A stretch of DNA of 39,674 nt from Histomonas meleagridis 2922-C6/04-290x (Eukaryota > Protista > Parabasalia): contig JAANOX010000051.1 of NCBI GenBank assembly GCA_020184695.1, positions 1 to 39,674 of the forward strand, in the 5' to 3' direction. The translations under genes and the position numbers were made by a program. A model generated the notes under the pieces. The model was not told where the DNA came from and did no database searches. It was given only the letters and a program-made list of their open reading frames with translations. Below, piece by piece: positions 12,181 to 24,966 of this stretch. The number at the start of each line of letters is the position of its first letter. The first letter of the stretch is position 1.

Positions 12181-14024
12181 TTGTTTTACTCATTTAGTTT
12201 ATATTATTTTTCGAATATAGAATATATTGTTACGTAATTTTCTTCGTTTTCGTTACTCTGTTATGTATTTGTTGTAATTGTAGTACGTTTAGAAATGCCG
12301 ATAAGACGGTTGTTATTAATTTTTGTAAATTGATTTGCAACTTGGGTCGAAAATGTTAAGTAATTTCAACCGTTAAATTATTTATAATTTTTTTATGAGA
12401 ATATTCCCACATCCCGAAAATTTCGACTCGATAGAACCTTTAATTACAAAAAAAAAAAAATCATTAATTTGAAGATGTAGTAAGATATTTGTTAACTGTT
12501 TTTGTGTATCTAAATGAACTTCAAGTTGGTAATCAAGTATGCATGTTTTTTTATTTTTTTTAATCTTTCCTTTTTGATTAATTATCTAAGTTTTAAATTT
12601 CATTTGTATCGTATTCAATCTTAATATGCAATTAGTGTATGTATAAATCTAGAATTTGTTGATTATGGATTAAATATATAGATTTTTAAATGAACATCGA
12701 ATGACATCATTCGAAATCAAAAACAAAAATATCTTTGATATATGAATAATTATAAAAAAATTCGTTATGTTTTTCTCATTGATTAGATATATATCGTTTT
12801 TTATGAAAAATGATACTTAATAATCAATTTTTTTAAAATGCATTTCTCTACATACAATTTTATCAAATAAATGTTAATACAATTCAAATAATTATAGAAA
12901 TTATAGCAGCATGAATGGAGGTATTTATTATCTTTATTTTTGAATATTTCTTTTTAAAAATATGAGATTTCGAATGTACAATAGAATAACGGAAAAAGAG
13001 CCTTTTCGATTTCAAATAGAATATTCATCCAATATGTTGATTAAAATTATAATTTTATATATTATAATACATCAGAATTTCATGTTCATACCATTAATCA
13101 TAAACATTTTGATAAAATCATCTTCATCTCCATCAAGATCTCTAACCGTTGTGCCATGGCCAATATAGAAGAAAACTAAGTGATCTGTTGTGAATTGAAA
13201 GAAATGATCAAGATATTTTTTAAAAATATATTGAATGAGGATTGTACAGGAAGTAAATATGAAACCCAAAGTTCTTCACACATTTATCCAATGAAACGGC
13301 ATCATTTAATGGCCCAGTACCAAGATTAAGGCGGTATGATTGGTATGTATTAACACAAATGAAATATGCTTTATCAAACTCAGTCGGTAGACGTGAAATA
13401 GGAATGATACCAAGATCTCGACCATATGTTCAAAGACGTATGACTGGATCAGACATTTTTCCTAAAATATAATGTATCTAACGTATTATACCTCAATTAA
13501 CTGCTTTTTTTAAACGTTCTCAAAAACGAGTTTTGGATTTTCGGGAAAAGTGCCGTATTTTTTTGAATACTGTACATTTTACAATTATGGAAAATGGCAA
13601 GTCATGACAGGCCTTTTAAAATCCTATTTAATCAATGATGTTAATTTACTTTAAAGAACAAAAGAAATTTTGAGCTTATAATATGATATCATTACATCAA
13701 AAACTGTTGAAAAAAAAAAAATCAAGAAACATTACGTTTTAGACCTTCATACGTTTATTAAAACTTGGTAAAAATATTTTCATCAGAACAAGTAAATATT
13801 ATGAATTAATATCATGTTTTCCTCCAAATTTTAGTTCTATGAAAAGATGAATTCAGTTGTCGAATAAAAGGTGATATTATTTATTATATTATATTTATTA
13901 TTTAGTGTACATAAAGCTCATTATATTAAATTTCAAAAAGATTTAAGTAATATTTACCTTTATTTATGTTTCAGTAAACTCTCTCTTTTTTTAATTGAAA
14001 GGTTCTATTACCGGTGATAGTATT

Positions 14025-15529
14025 TTAAATAACTTCATTGTTATAGCTTTTACTTCTACGTATAATAATGAAAATTGCTGCTACAATAACTATTAAAATT
14101 ACAATAGAAGAAACACTTACACAAACAGCAACAATTGCCATAGTTTTCGAATTAGAGTTTGATGATAATGACTTTGATGATGTACTTGATTTTGAGAATG
14201 AATGAGATAATGTGATAGATCTTATATATGATTCTGAAAATGTTTTTTTGGTGGTGTAATTGTGGTTGATTGTGTGTATATATTTGTGTTTGTTATTGTT
14301 GTTGTTTGTGAATTTGTTAATGTACTTGATTTTGTATATGAGTTTGTTGGAAATGGATTACAATTACTTATATTTGATCCAACTGAAACATTAAGTTTAC
14401 CAAATTTTGACGAATTATATATATTTAATGTCATCACACATCCTACAGAACAAAAAAATCGAATGCTGTGTTATCAACATTAGGTTCTGTGTTGCCACAA
14501 TAATAAACACATCAAAATCCAAATGCCATTGTTCCAATTAAAGTTACTGAATCTGGTGTTTCGATTTTTTTGAGAGAAATACAAAGAAGGAATGCACTAT
14601 CGCCAATCATAGTTAAATTGTTTCCAAATTTAACATCTGATAATTGATCACAATAAGAAAATGTAAAATCTTCAATTGTAGTTATCGAATTTGGTAATGT
14701 AATATTTTTAAGCGATTTACAATTAGAAAATGCATATCTACCTATTGTAGTTAAGTTTTCTCCAAAAATAGCTTCTGATAATTTAGGACAATAATTAAAT
14801 GCATAATTTCCAATTGTAGAAAGCGAATTTGGGAATGTAAACCTTAAAAGTACGTTACAATAAGAAAATGCATAATCGCCAATTTTAGTTAAATTTCCTC
14901 CAATAGTAATTTCTTTTAATTTAGAACAAGAAGAAAATCCATAATCTTCGATTAAGGTTATTGAATTTGGTAATTTAATGCTTTCAAGTGATGAACATTG
15001 ATTAAATACACCCAAATTAATTTTGGTTAAATTTTCTCCCAAAGTGATATTTGCTAATTTAGCACACTCAGAAAATGCATATTCTTCAATCGAAGAAACT
15101 GATTTTTGGTAACTTAACATCTTTAAGTGATGAACATTCAGCAAATGAATGATGGCCAATTTTAACCAGATTGTCACCAAAAATAATTTCAGACAATTTA
15201 GAACATCTATAAAATGCACCATATGATATTGTATGTACACTTCTATTAATGGTAACAATTGATAAATTGGAACATTCTAAAAATGCCCTATCACCAATAA
15301 ACAATACTGATTCCTCAATGGAAACCCAAGATAGCTTTGGCCAAGCTCTAAATGCTTGTGATGGTATTGATGTGATTCCATCTTGAATTATTAAGCCTTT
15401 TGTTGTATTCTTATATTTTTTTGAAGTTGTAAAGTCTTCGTCTGTTCTTATTGCAAGTATTTTTGTATTATTATAGTAAAATCCAAAAGATGGAATTATA
15501 AGATTGCAAAATAAAAGAGCAAACATCAT
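14025..15529 (-). pseudogene. BspA-like (TpLRR/LRR_5) transmembrane surface protein
   Basis: Signal-like MMFALLFCNLII, then ~13 units of 23 aa (LPNSITxIxxYAFSxCxxL alternating with FGENLTxIG), CVYYCGNTEP cap, Ser/Thr stalk, TM (MAIVAVCVSVSSIVILIVIVAAIFIII) and RRSKSY tail. Broken by frameshifts in A/T runs at ~15105, ~14455 and ~14245, and TGA at 14512. Confidence 0.9.
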
Positions 15530-15976
15530 CAATATTAAAAAATCAAATAAATAAAAATGATGTCGAAATTTGAACGCAAAACCAAACAAAAAGACAAAAT
15601 TAATTCTTTAATATGAATTTTATTAATATTATTAATGCGTTAGAATGAGAAAAAATTTAAAGTTTCAACAGAAAACCAGACAAAAAACCAAATTAATTAA
15701 CATAAGTCAATAAGTAAATATTTGTCTTCATTTGTATAAACTTTGATATTATTAATGTAAGTTATTTTATATTTTGATAATGAACTTACTAATAATTTTT
15801 TTAATTATTAAATATATTTATTTTTAAAAAAATAAATAAAAAAATATTAATTTCATTTATTTTTGATAAAAGTTAAAGCCAGAATGAAAAGTTCTAAATA
15901 TCTAAATAGCTAGGTGATGTATAATATTTCCATAATATATATGAAGTTGTTTAAAATTAACAAATTTAATATACTT

Positions 15977-16052
15977 GTCTAATAAGTTTATATGTTTATT
16001 GGACAAGTCTAATAAGTTTATATGTTTATTGGACAAGTCTAATAAACATATA
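15977..16052. repeat. 30-bp tandem duplication ending in a 17-bp-stem hairpin
   Basis: GTCTAATAAGTTTATATGTTTATTGGACAA at 15977 and 16007. TTATATGTTTATTGGAC-AA-GTCTAATAAACATATAA forms a stem with one mismatch. Confidence 0.8.
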
Positions 16053-17270
16053 AAAAATAAAAAATATTGTGTACACTCCCAAGGAAGACCGTTAGTATTA
16101 TTTAGTCATGTATAAACCATTAGAATTTTGTCTTTATTACCATATGCATAAAAAATAAATATTTGAGAAAATTGCATAATTTATTGATTTTCCCTTGTTT
16201 CCGAAAATCAGTGACAATATTAATCTTTATTGATTAAAAAAGCTTTAAATAATTTTATTAATTGACATTTAGAGATAAATAAAAAATTTATTTTCAATGA
16301 TATTCACAACTTTTTTTGCCTATGTTTGTTTGCATATCTTTTATCAAAATATCTATCGTCATCAAATCTTCTAATACATGAATATAAAATTGACTTTCGA
16401 TTTCAGCAATTCGTATATAGCGATCATTCTACGATTTTGATATTATGGATATATAATATATACATTTATGATTAATAAAAAACTTAGAATTATATCTTGA
16501 TTAGCACAAGATAAATTTATTTTTTCATTATCAAAAGTGACAGAAATCGACTTTTGCATGGTTTATGTTGAACGATAGAGGCAGCGATAAGTGACGATAG
16601 AAGGGAAATTGAATGATGGTAAATATTATCAAATTATTACTTTTTCCTCAAATACACACACTGATATTTATTCAAATTTTTTCATTACAAACAAAGGTGG
16701 CTCTGAAAGAAGCAATCTATCATTTTAGAAACGTTATAAGATCACATTAGTTTCGGCTGCTTACACTGGCCCAATTACTATTTATTATGATGAAGATTAA
16801 CATAGAATTATATTTATTTGATCTTTATTAATATCATTAATATCACAGCATAACACTGTGGTGTTAAATGACAATAATAGGAATTTTTCTTAAAATTTCT
16901 ATGAATGAAGTAATCATTTTTGAGAACAGGCGACCGTTACGACGTCTAAATACGATTTCTCAAAAAATATAATATAGATGAGATTATTTTTATTTTTTTT
17001 TTATAGTGATATGATTGACAGACCTAGTCAAATCATGCGGTTCTCGAAAAAAATTAGATTATTCTGTTCATATTATTAATCCTCGATGCCAAAATATGAT
17101 TTTTTAATACTACATTTTGTACATCACAAATTTATTTATTTGGGATTACAAAAAAGGAATCTTAGATTATTCACAATACACATTATATTCGAATGTGGTC
17201 GTTGTTCGATGCGAACAAAATTTCGATATTCTATCGTTTTTGATTTTGAATCGATTTTTGACGGTTGTCT

Positions 17271-18848
17271 GATTTTTTGGACCGTTAATTGAATGGTGCT
17301 CCCGGATTTGAAAGGAATTGAACGTATCGGATTTTTCGATTTCGTAAACCATACAAATAAAACATGTTTTTCAATGATCATTCAATTGTGTTTCAATAAA
17401 AATAATTTCGCATAAAATATTCTATTAAAATAAAAAATGACATACGATACAAAAATTCGAATTTTTTTGAAAATTCTTAATATTATGACGAGGAAATTGA
17501 ATTGATTCAATTTTCAATCAACAATCCGTATCGTTGCATTAATCATTAAATTTTGATATGGAATAAAATTTGACGAATTTAATACGAAATAGTAAAAACG
17601 TAATTCGGTGAAGATCCAGCATCTGATCGCATATGTTATACCGAAGTTAATTCATGTGTATATTAATATCAAATCATATAAAAAAATATTTACGCGAAAA
17701 TTAGATGAATATTCGATGCAATAAATCAAATATGTATTTATCGTCATAATGTTATTCGACTTGAATACAATATTCCATTTTTAATGAGATTATATGATAC
17801 ATTTTATATAAATTAGATATCATAAACCTATTTACGTATCGAAAATAAATATATTTTGATCAATACCATAATTAAAACACGGATCAAAATTGAGCCATTT
17901 TAATGAATCGTTAAATTTTCAATATATGAATAATATATTCATTAACATGAACAATTATTTTCTGAATATAATGAAAATAATATGTCAATATTTACAATTT
18001 TTAATTGATAAGAATATTTTCGTCACAATAAATGTTTTAAATTGGCAATAATAATATGTTTAATAGAATATTCAACTTTATATAATAATATAATATTCAC
18101 ATGATGATATATATATTTTGCATGTGATATATTGTATTATATAATGAAAATCAAACGATATTAATAGAAAATATAATCGGTTATTTACAACATGAATTTT
18201 ATTATTCGAAAATTAAAATACATAAATCGTTATAATGCTGAACAACTATATATAATTAATAAAATACATAAAAATATATAGTTTGTGATGATATATTGGC
18301 TGTATTATATTAATCATTGTGTTAATCGTATTTTAATTTATATATGTAAATGGAAAAAAGGTGTCACAGGAATATGCGTTCATTAATTAAGTATCATATG
18401 ATAAATGTTTATTGATAATTAACTGAAAGTATAAATAATAACGACATTTTTCATTAATAAATTTTGATTTAGTTATAATCGCACAAATTTTCGATTTTTA
18501 TTTCAGAAAAACATCGAATTTTAAAACATATCAATCGATGAATGCAACGATACCAATTGTTGATTGAAAATTGAATAAATTTAATTTCCTCGTCATAATA
18601 TTAAGAATTTTCAAAAGAATTCGTATTTTTGTATCGTATGTCATTTTTTATTTTAATAGAATATTTTATGCGAAAATATTTTTATTGAAACACAATTGAA
18701 TGAGCAAATATTTTTTTACAAACATGAAAATAATTGAATAAGCATTGAAAAACATGTTTTATTTGCATGGTTTACGAAATCGAAAAATCCGATACGTTCA
18801 ATTCCTTCAAAATCCGGGAGCACCATTCAATTAACGGTCCAAAAAATC
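17271..18848. mobile_element. Non-coding foldback/MITE-like element with ~270-bp inverted arms
   Basis: 17271-17540 is the reverse complement of 18541-18848, whose arm carries ~38 extra bp. The interior is AT-rich with no convincing ORF. Part of the arm resembles the Merlin TIR. Confidence 0.7.
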
Positions 18849-20613
18849 CGTCATAATCCATGATTAATTCAAACTTTTTACAAAAACTATCAATCCAATA
18901 ATATCAAAATTTAAATATATGATTAAATAACTTTCGAGATATTTATTTTTTGTACGAAACTCATCGTCCAATTTAAAAATATTAAATATTCTAATTCAAA
19001 TGAATTTTTTTTAATTTTATCATAATATCTAAAAAAAAAATAATACCATATATAAAAATAATAAGTAATATATTAATAACATATATTCGGAATATCAAAA
19101 TTTTGCTACATTTTAAAGATATTATGAAAATGACGTTTTTTTGTCTGCATGACCTATAATTGAAATTTCTGCATCAAATAACTCATAGAATATTTTTCAA
19201 TACATTTATCGCTTGGACTTCAGAAAAGTACTTTTCTGGTATTGAATTTTTTGGACTTCTTCATTCATGAATAATAATTAATGGTATAAAAAATTATCTA
19301 AAAGTCGTTTAATTTAATCTAAAAGGCGTTCAATTTTCTCTAAAGAGTATTTCTATGTAGGCAAATTACTATAATAAGATTATTTTAGAAAAAGCCGGTT
19401 TATATCTTATGTGGTCGATTTCGTCAATTTTTTAAATTTTCATATAAATTCGTAGCAAATTTCATTATAACTGCAATAACCGCTCCGGCATTCAAAAAGT
19501 ATATTTTTACACTCAAAAAGTCGACATGTATTAACTGAAATGTTCAGAAGTCTTTGTTTTTGGTTATCTAATACACTTTATAACATGCAACGTATAATAT
19601 ATAAAACATAATATATAATAGATGATGCAATGTATATAGGAAACTATTTTGAAAAATATCTATAAATTTGTCATCAGATTTTAAAAGATACTCTAACTAT
19701 AGATCAAAGACATCGAATAAATTGAAAATATCACAAAAAAATGACACATTGTGTCGGTAAGTAATTCGGTATTTTTGTTTGTTCAACATAACAATTTTAT
19801 ATCTTTATAACTACACATTCCCATTGGGCGTGACTAAGTTCACCATATTCTCCTCCGAAAAATATGACAAATTGCATTATTATTATGTTAAAAATTAGTG
19901 AAATCATTTTTTTTATAAGATTTAAATTTTATATTTTTAAGAAATTTAATAATAAATTTATTTGATAATTTAAATTTATTATTTCTACAGTATAGATATT
20001 TTTTTTATATTAAGACCAAAAATTTCGACAACTATTTTTTGACGAGATATTTGCATTTTTTTATAAGTGTAACCACCTATGATATCGGTTATTAAAAATT
20101 GCCCACTTTTAACCGTTGGGGAAATATTAAATTTCATATTACTCCAACAAAAATTAAGTACGCAAAATCATTGTATTTTTCCGTTATTGAAGCCCATTTG
20201 CTGAGCCTAATTGCAAAAAGGTATGTATATAAAAATTACAAGAAGAATATTTTTAGTAAATAAAATTTTATTGTAATAAAATATGATATAAAATATAAAT
20301 TTCATCATTATCAATGATATTATTTGTAATTTGATGTGATTAGATATCGATCATAAAAATTCGAAAGAAAGAGAGGAACAAGCAAAAAATTAATTAGAAG
20401 AAAGACAAAAGTAGATTTTCAAGCAATATTTAAATTAGGTGGTCCAGGTAGGTTTACATATATTCTATAATAATGTGCATAATCATATGATGATATAGTA
20501 TAATCTTTAATTTTATTAAACATTTTAACCATATAAAACATCTGTGTTATATATTTTCTTTGTAAATATATTTTTTTATATAAAATTTATTTTTTTATTT
20601 TTATATAAATATA

Positions 20614-22818
20614 TTGCCAAGGAAGCTAACAACAAAACAAGTAATAGAACTGTTCAATAAGTATGGTTATACACTACCAGACAATTTTGTACATATTAAT
20701 ACTAAAACCATTTATAAGGTATATGATGAAATGAGTAATCAAAATGTTAGTTTATCAGTTAATCAATTGCAATATAAAATAAAACACAATAAACGTAGTA
20801 AATATATATATAAAAATCCATTTGATGATTATTATAATATAGCATTATCTGAAGATGAACATGTAGAGAAACCTGTAAAACAGAATGAATCCATTAACAA
20901 TATAACTAAAGAATTAATTAAAAAATTAATGACTCAGAAAGATTTTACTTACAACAAAGACCTTAGTAATAAAGAAGATATATTATATGCATTAATGTAT
21001 GCTATAAAGGCAGTTGGTGCTAAGATAAATAAAGATATTAGAATGACTGTAATTAGTGATGATAATAATATATCTTACTATCATGGAAATATGAATACAG
21101 TTAACTTCTTATATGATATTATTAATGAAAAAGATAATATTAGTGACAGTAACACTTTAGCATTAGAAACTTTAAAAAATATTAAATCTATAAAATTTGA
21201 TTTTAGAGATTTAAAGAACGGTAGAAGAGTTAATCCAGGATTCTTCCCTTATATTAATACTACTGATATAGATCTTACAGAATATGGTATTTTCAACAAC
21301 GTCAACAATGAACATATCAATGAATCTTGTTTGATACAATCATTTATTGCAAGTAATTTATTTACAGATAATGAAATTAATATGTTAAGATCATTTATAA
21401 ATACTAGTACAGTTCCATTATAACAATTAAAAGATATATCTAATTTATTAAAAATTCTTATTAATATTAGATATATGGCTAATAAAGATTTTACTCACAG
21501 AGATTATGGAAAACAATATGATAAAACTATAAAATTAATAATTATATATAATCATTATATGTTAAATGAAAGTGTTAATATATCTATTGACAGTATCAAA
21601 AATTATAGTAAAAATAATACTATAGAACGCCAATTTATTGGCTTGAATACTTCGGATGAATATACTGATAAATATATATCTATATACTATTTAATTGATA
21701 CTATGGAACAAAGTAATTTATCAAAACCTATGGATATTAATACTTATAATAAATTATGCTGGAGTTATAAAACAGTGAATAAACCATATAACAGCTACAG
21801 GCTAGTAGCCGTGGCTGATAAAAAGTTTATACCTAAATTTGTTAAAAGAATGAAACACGGCAAAAAGTTATTTGGTTATGAATTAGATGATGATAAAGAA
21901 ATAAAATACAGAATTAATGAATTACAACATTTAATAGATGTAAATATAACTAAAAATTCATCTCATAAAATAGATGTTGTCAAATACTATAGATATACTG
22001 ATTTAATGTTAAAAATAATGTATGAATATGGGTGTTTTGATGGTGTATATGAAATATCAAATGATATTGCTAATAAAATACGTAATGAATGTATATTTCC
22101 TAAAATTATATGGCAACAAATACATTTAACTGGGAAATATTATTATATAGATTTAAACGGTGCTTATATGTCATCTGTAATATCAATACCTACAGGTAAA
22201 CCAGATGATAACGGTGCTTTTAAAGGAGAAAATAATAAAATAAAGCAACTTATAAAAGTATTATATAACTTAAGAATAAAAGCTAATAAGTCTAGTAATG
22301 ATAAATTGGCTACTACATTAAAATTTATGATGAATAGTTGTTGGGGAACATCTATTAGAAAACCACCTAATTTTAATAAAAAGTTAAAGACTAATGTTGA
22401 TAAATATATTGAAGAATTTGCACCTTATGTTATTAAATATGATGAAGATAACTATGTATATACAATAAAACCTTATAGAGAACACTTTACTTATCCACAA
22501 TTTGCAAGATCAGTATTAAATAATTTTAATGATAAAATGAATCATATTAAAAGTTTAATATCTAAAGTATATTATTCAAAAGTTGATTCTTTATTGATAT
22601 CTGAAGATGATTATATCAAATTACAAAACTTAGGATATATTGGCGATAAATTAGGTCAGTTTAAGATAGAACATATATTTAAAGAAATATATATTAAATC
22701 AGCTGATAATTGGATTGCCAAAAATATTGATAATGAATATATATATCATGTTAATAATAAATATAAAAATATATGTTCAGAGAGTGAAGATCCTATAAAA
22801 ACATTAATCGAATCATAA
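20614..22818 (+). pseudogene. Reduced family-B DNA polymerase homologue (Maverick/PLV type)
   Basis: ORFs 20614-21423 and 21475-22818 are in one frame with a single TAA at 21421, and the start is TTG. Motif A YYYIDLNGAYMS (Asp at 22150), motif B KFMMNSCWG (22321), motif C-like YYSKVDSLL (22579), then IGDKLGQFKIE. Confidence 0.75.
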
Positions 22819-22873
22819 AAATATTAAGGTCTTTAGACCCGCTGTCATTATATGACGCTTATATTATTTTTGT

Positions 22874-23697
22874 TCATTTTAATACTATTGTTTTCTTATA
22901 ATTATACATGAATACTAATTGTATGATAAATCTACAATAAATAGGATATATAGGATTCTTTCCATCAAATGTAAATTTTATATTAAAAGTAAATCCGTCA
23001 GAAGGAGCATTATATACAACATTTATTGTTTCATAAAAAAATCACCTTTAACACCAATAAATCTTCTTTTACTATCACTGAATGATGCACGGAATTTAAA
23101 ATATACTTTATTCCAAACATTAGTAAAGGATTTACCATTTAAGAAATTATTTAATATACTATAATTATCGTTTGTAGTATCTTGATTTGAGAATATTAAG
23201 AAATTATTTATATTTATATCATATGCGCCATTAATAGGATCAACAAACTTAAATTCATAATCACAATTAATCATAAGTTTTCCTTTTTCATTATATAAGT
23301 ATTCAAAACCGGGATCATTAGTAAACGCTTCATTAAGAGAATTGATTAAATATATAATTATTTCTAATAAAGTATTATGACTCATAATTTGAATATTAAC
23401 AATAGTTTCTGGTGGGTTTTCTGTTCCATCTTTAATAACACATTTCAATGAAATTACGTAAGAAGTAGGTATTATATCAAGTCTTCTTATTCCAACTACT
23501 TCATTCTGACTAGGAGATTCTAACCAACGTTGTGGATAACGAAATGTATTATAACCAACATTTTTATTTACATACGTTAAATCTCTTTCATATTCTTCTA
23601 TATCTAAATTAGTATAATTTTCTTCTATGGATAATTCAGACACTGGATAATCAAGTTGTCTTTCACTTAACATTTTATTAACAATAAAAATATTCAT
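22874..23697 (-). pseudogene. Virus structural protein, putative minor capsid (penton-like), copy A
   Basis: ORF 23023-23697 continues across frameshifts to ...PIYCRFIIQLVFMYNYKKTIVLK* (TGA at 22874). It is beta-rich, paralogous to 34442-34831 (FRYPQRWLESPSQN.VVGIRRL.IIPTS), and lies among capsid/fibre genes. The penton identity is inferred. Confidence 0.5.
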
Positions 23698-23712
23698 TTA
23701 TTATATAATAAA
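23697..23712. promoter_or_regulatory. Perfect 16-bp palindrome between divergent start codons
   Basis: CAT(23695-97)...TTTATTATATAATAAA...ATG(23713-15). The paralogous spacer at 34832-34848 is an imperfect palindrome. Confidence 0.45.
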
Positions 23713-24076
23713 ATGACACTTCAACAATACGAAATATTAGAAAATATAGTAAAATTATTATTAAATTAAAATAGTGTTGTATATTCTAATCATAGCAAAA
23801 CAGCAGATACTATTAGCAATGGTATATGTTCATTAACGATAGATAGTATAGATAAATCATTTATATATACTTATGGAAAAAATCGTATAATAATTAATCC
23901 TTTAGATAACAGCATTAAAAATCTTGTTTTAATAAATGATATATTAGTAAGTGATATTATTACAGGATCAAATATTATGAATAATGCTTATTTAATTCAA
24001 ATGTTTAGTGATATCGATAAAGTATTGACTTTATATTAAGAATTTGTTAGAAATAATGAAGAAAATAATAATGTTA

Positions 24077-24966
24077 CAGCTGTTTGCTTTTTGTTTGGCT
24101 TGTTTTACAAAAGTAAATATCCGAAAAGTGACACATCTACAAAATAAATCATCTGCTTAACAAAAACATTGTCTTGCTTTGGATAAGTAAATTTCTGGTA
24201 TTGAGATATTTACATATGCTTTACAAAAAAAATGTCTATCCTATCAAAAAGATTCTCTTGCTTCACAAAAGTAATTGGCAAAAAAGTGACGCTTGTAAAA
24301 AAGAGTGTCTTGCTTCACAAAAGTAAATATCCAAAAATTGAATAAAAATAAATTTGACACAACACTTAATTTGAATTATTTGTGCCTTAATTATTTTTTT
24401 GCTATATAGGGGTACAGGTGTTATGAGCACCAAATTAAATTTACCTTTTCTCTCTATATATTTTAGCAAAAACATTTTGAATTCATAAGACATATCTATG
24501 ATGATATATATATTATTTTGAGCATTGATTTTTTTTAAAAATTATAAATCAAATAATATAATTATACATTTTTTTTAAATATTTGGTTTTTTGATATTTT
24601 TCGATGAACATAGATATTATAATTAATGTTTTAATATTTGTATATAATTTAATTTTTTTTATTGAGTATTCATTATGAAAATGCACTCTTTAAGACCATT
24701 CATAATGAAAAATAAACAATTCAAAAATGCAGATATTTACTTTTATTAAGCGAGACATTTACTTTTGTAAAGCAAGATATTTTTTTACGAGAGCATTCGT
24801 AAACTTCTCAATTTTGTATATTTACTTTTGTGAAGCAAGATATTTATTTTAGGGTGGTAGACAATTTAAACGTTTAGCAAGACATTTGTTTTGTAAAGCA
24901 TTTGTAAACTTCTCAATCTCGGACATTTACTTTTGTGAAGCAAGCCAAACAAAAAGCAAACAGCTG
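24077..24966. mobile_element. 890-bp MITE with TA target duplication (Tc1/mariner-type)
   Basis: 48-bp TIRs CAGCTGTTTGCTTTTTGTTTGGCTTG... (24077-24124 / 24919-24966, 3 mismatches), flanked by TA at 24075-76 and 24967-68. Internal copies of CTTGCTTCACAAAAGTAA on both strands. No transposase. Confidence 0.92.

Noticed and set aside
12962-13500. Short ORFs and a 62-codon protein-like frame (KFFTHLSNETASFNGPVPRLRRYDWY...)
   Set aside because: Too short and without recognisable motifs to call a gene.
17086-17381. Three short overlapping ORFs
   Set aside because: They overlap the arm of a non-coding inverted repeat and show no recognisable motifs.
19221-19238. 18-bp perfect palindrome CAGAAAAGTACTTTTCTG
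   Set aside because: It is isolated with no associated feature, so no function can be supported.
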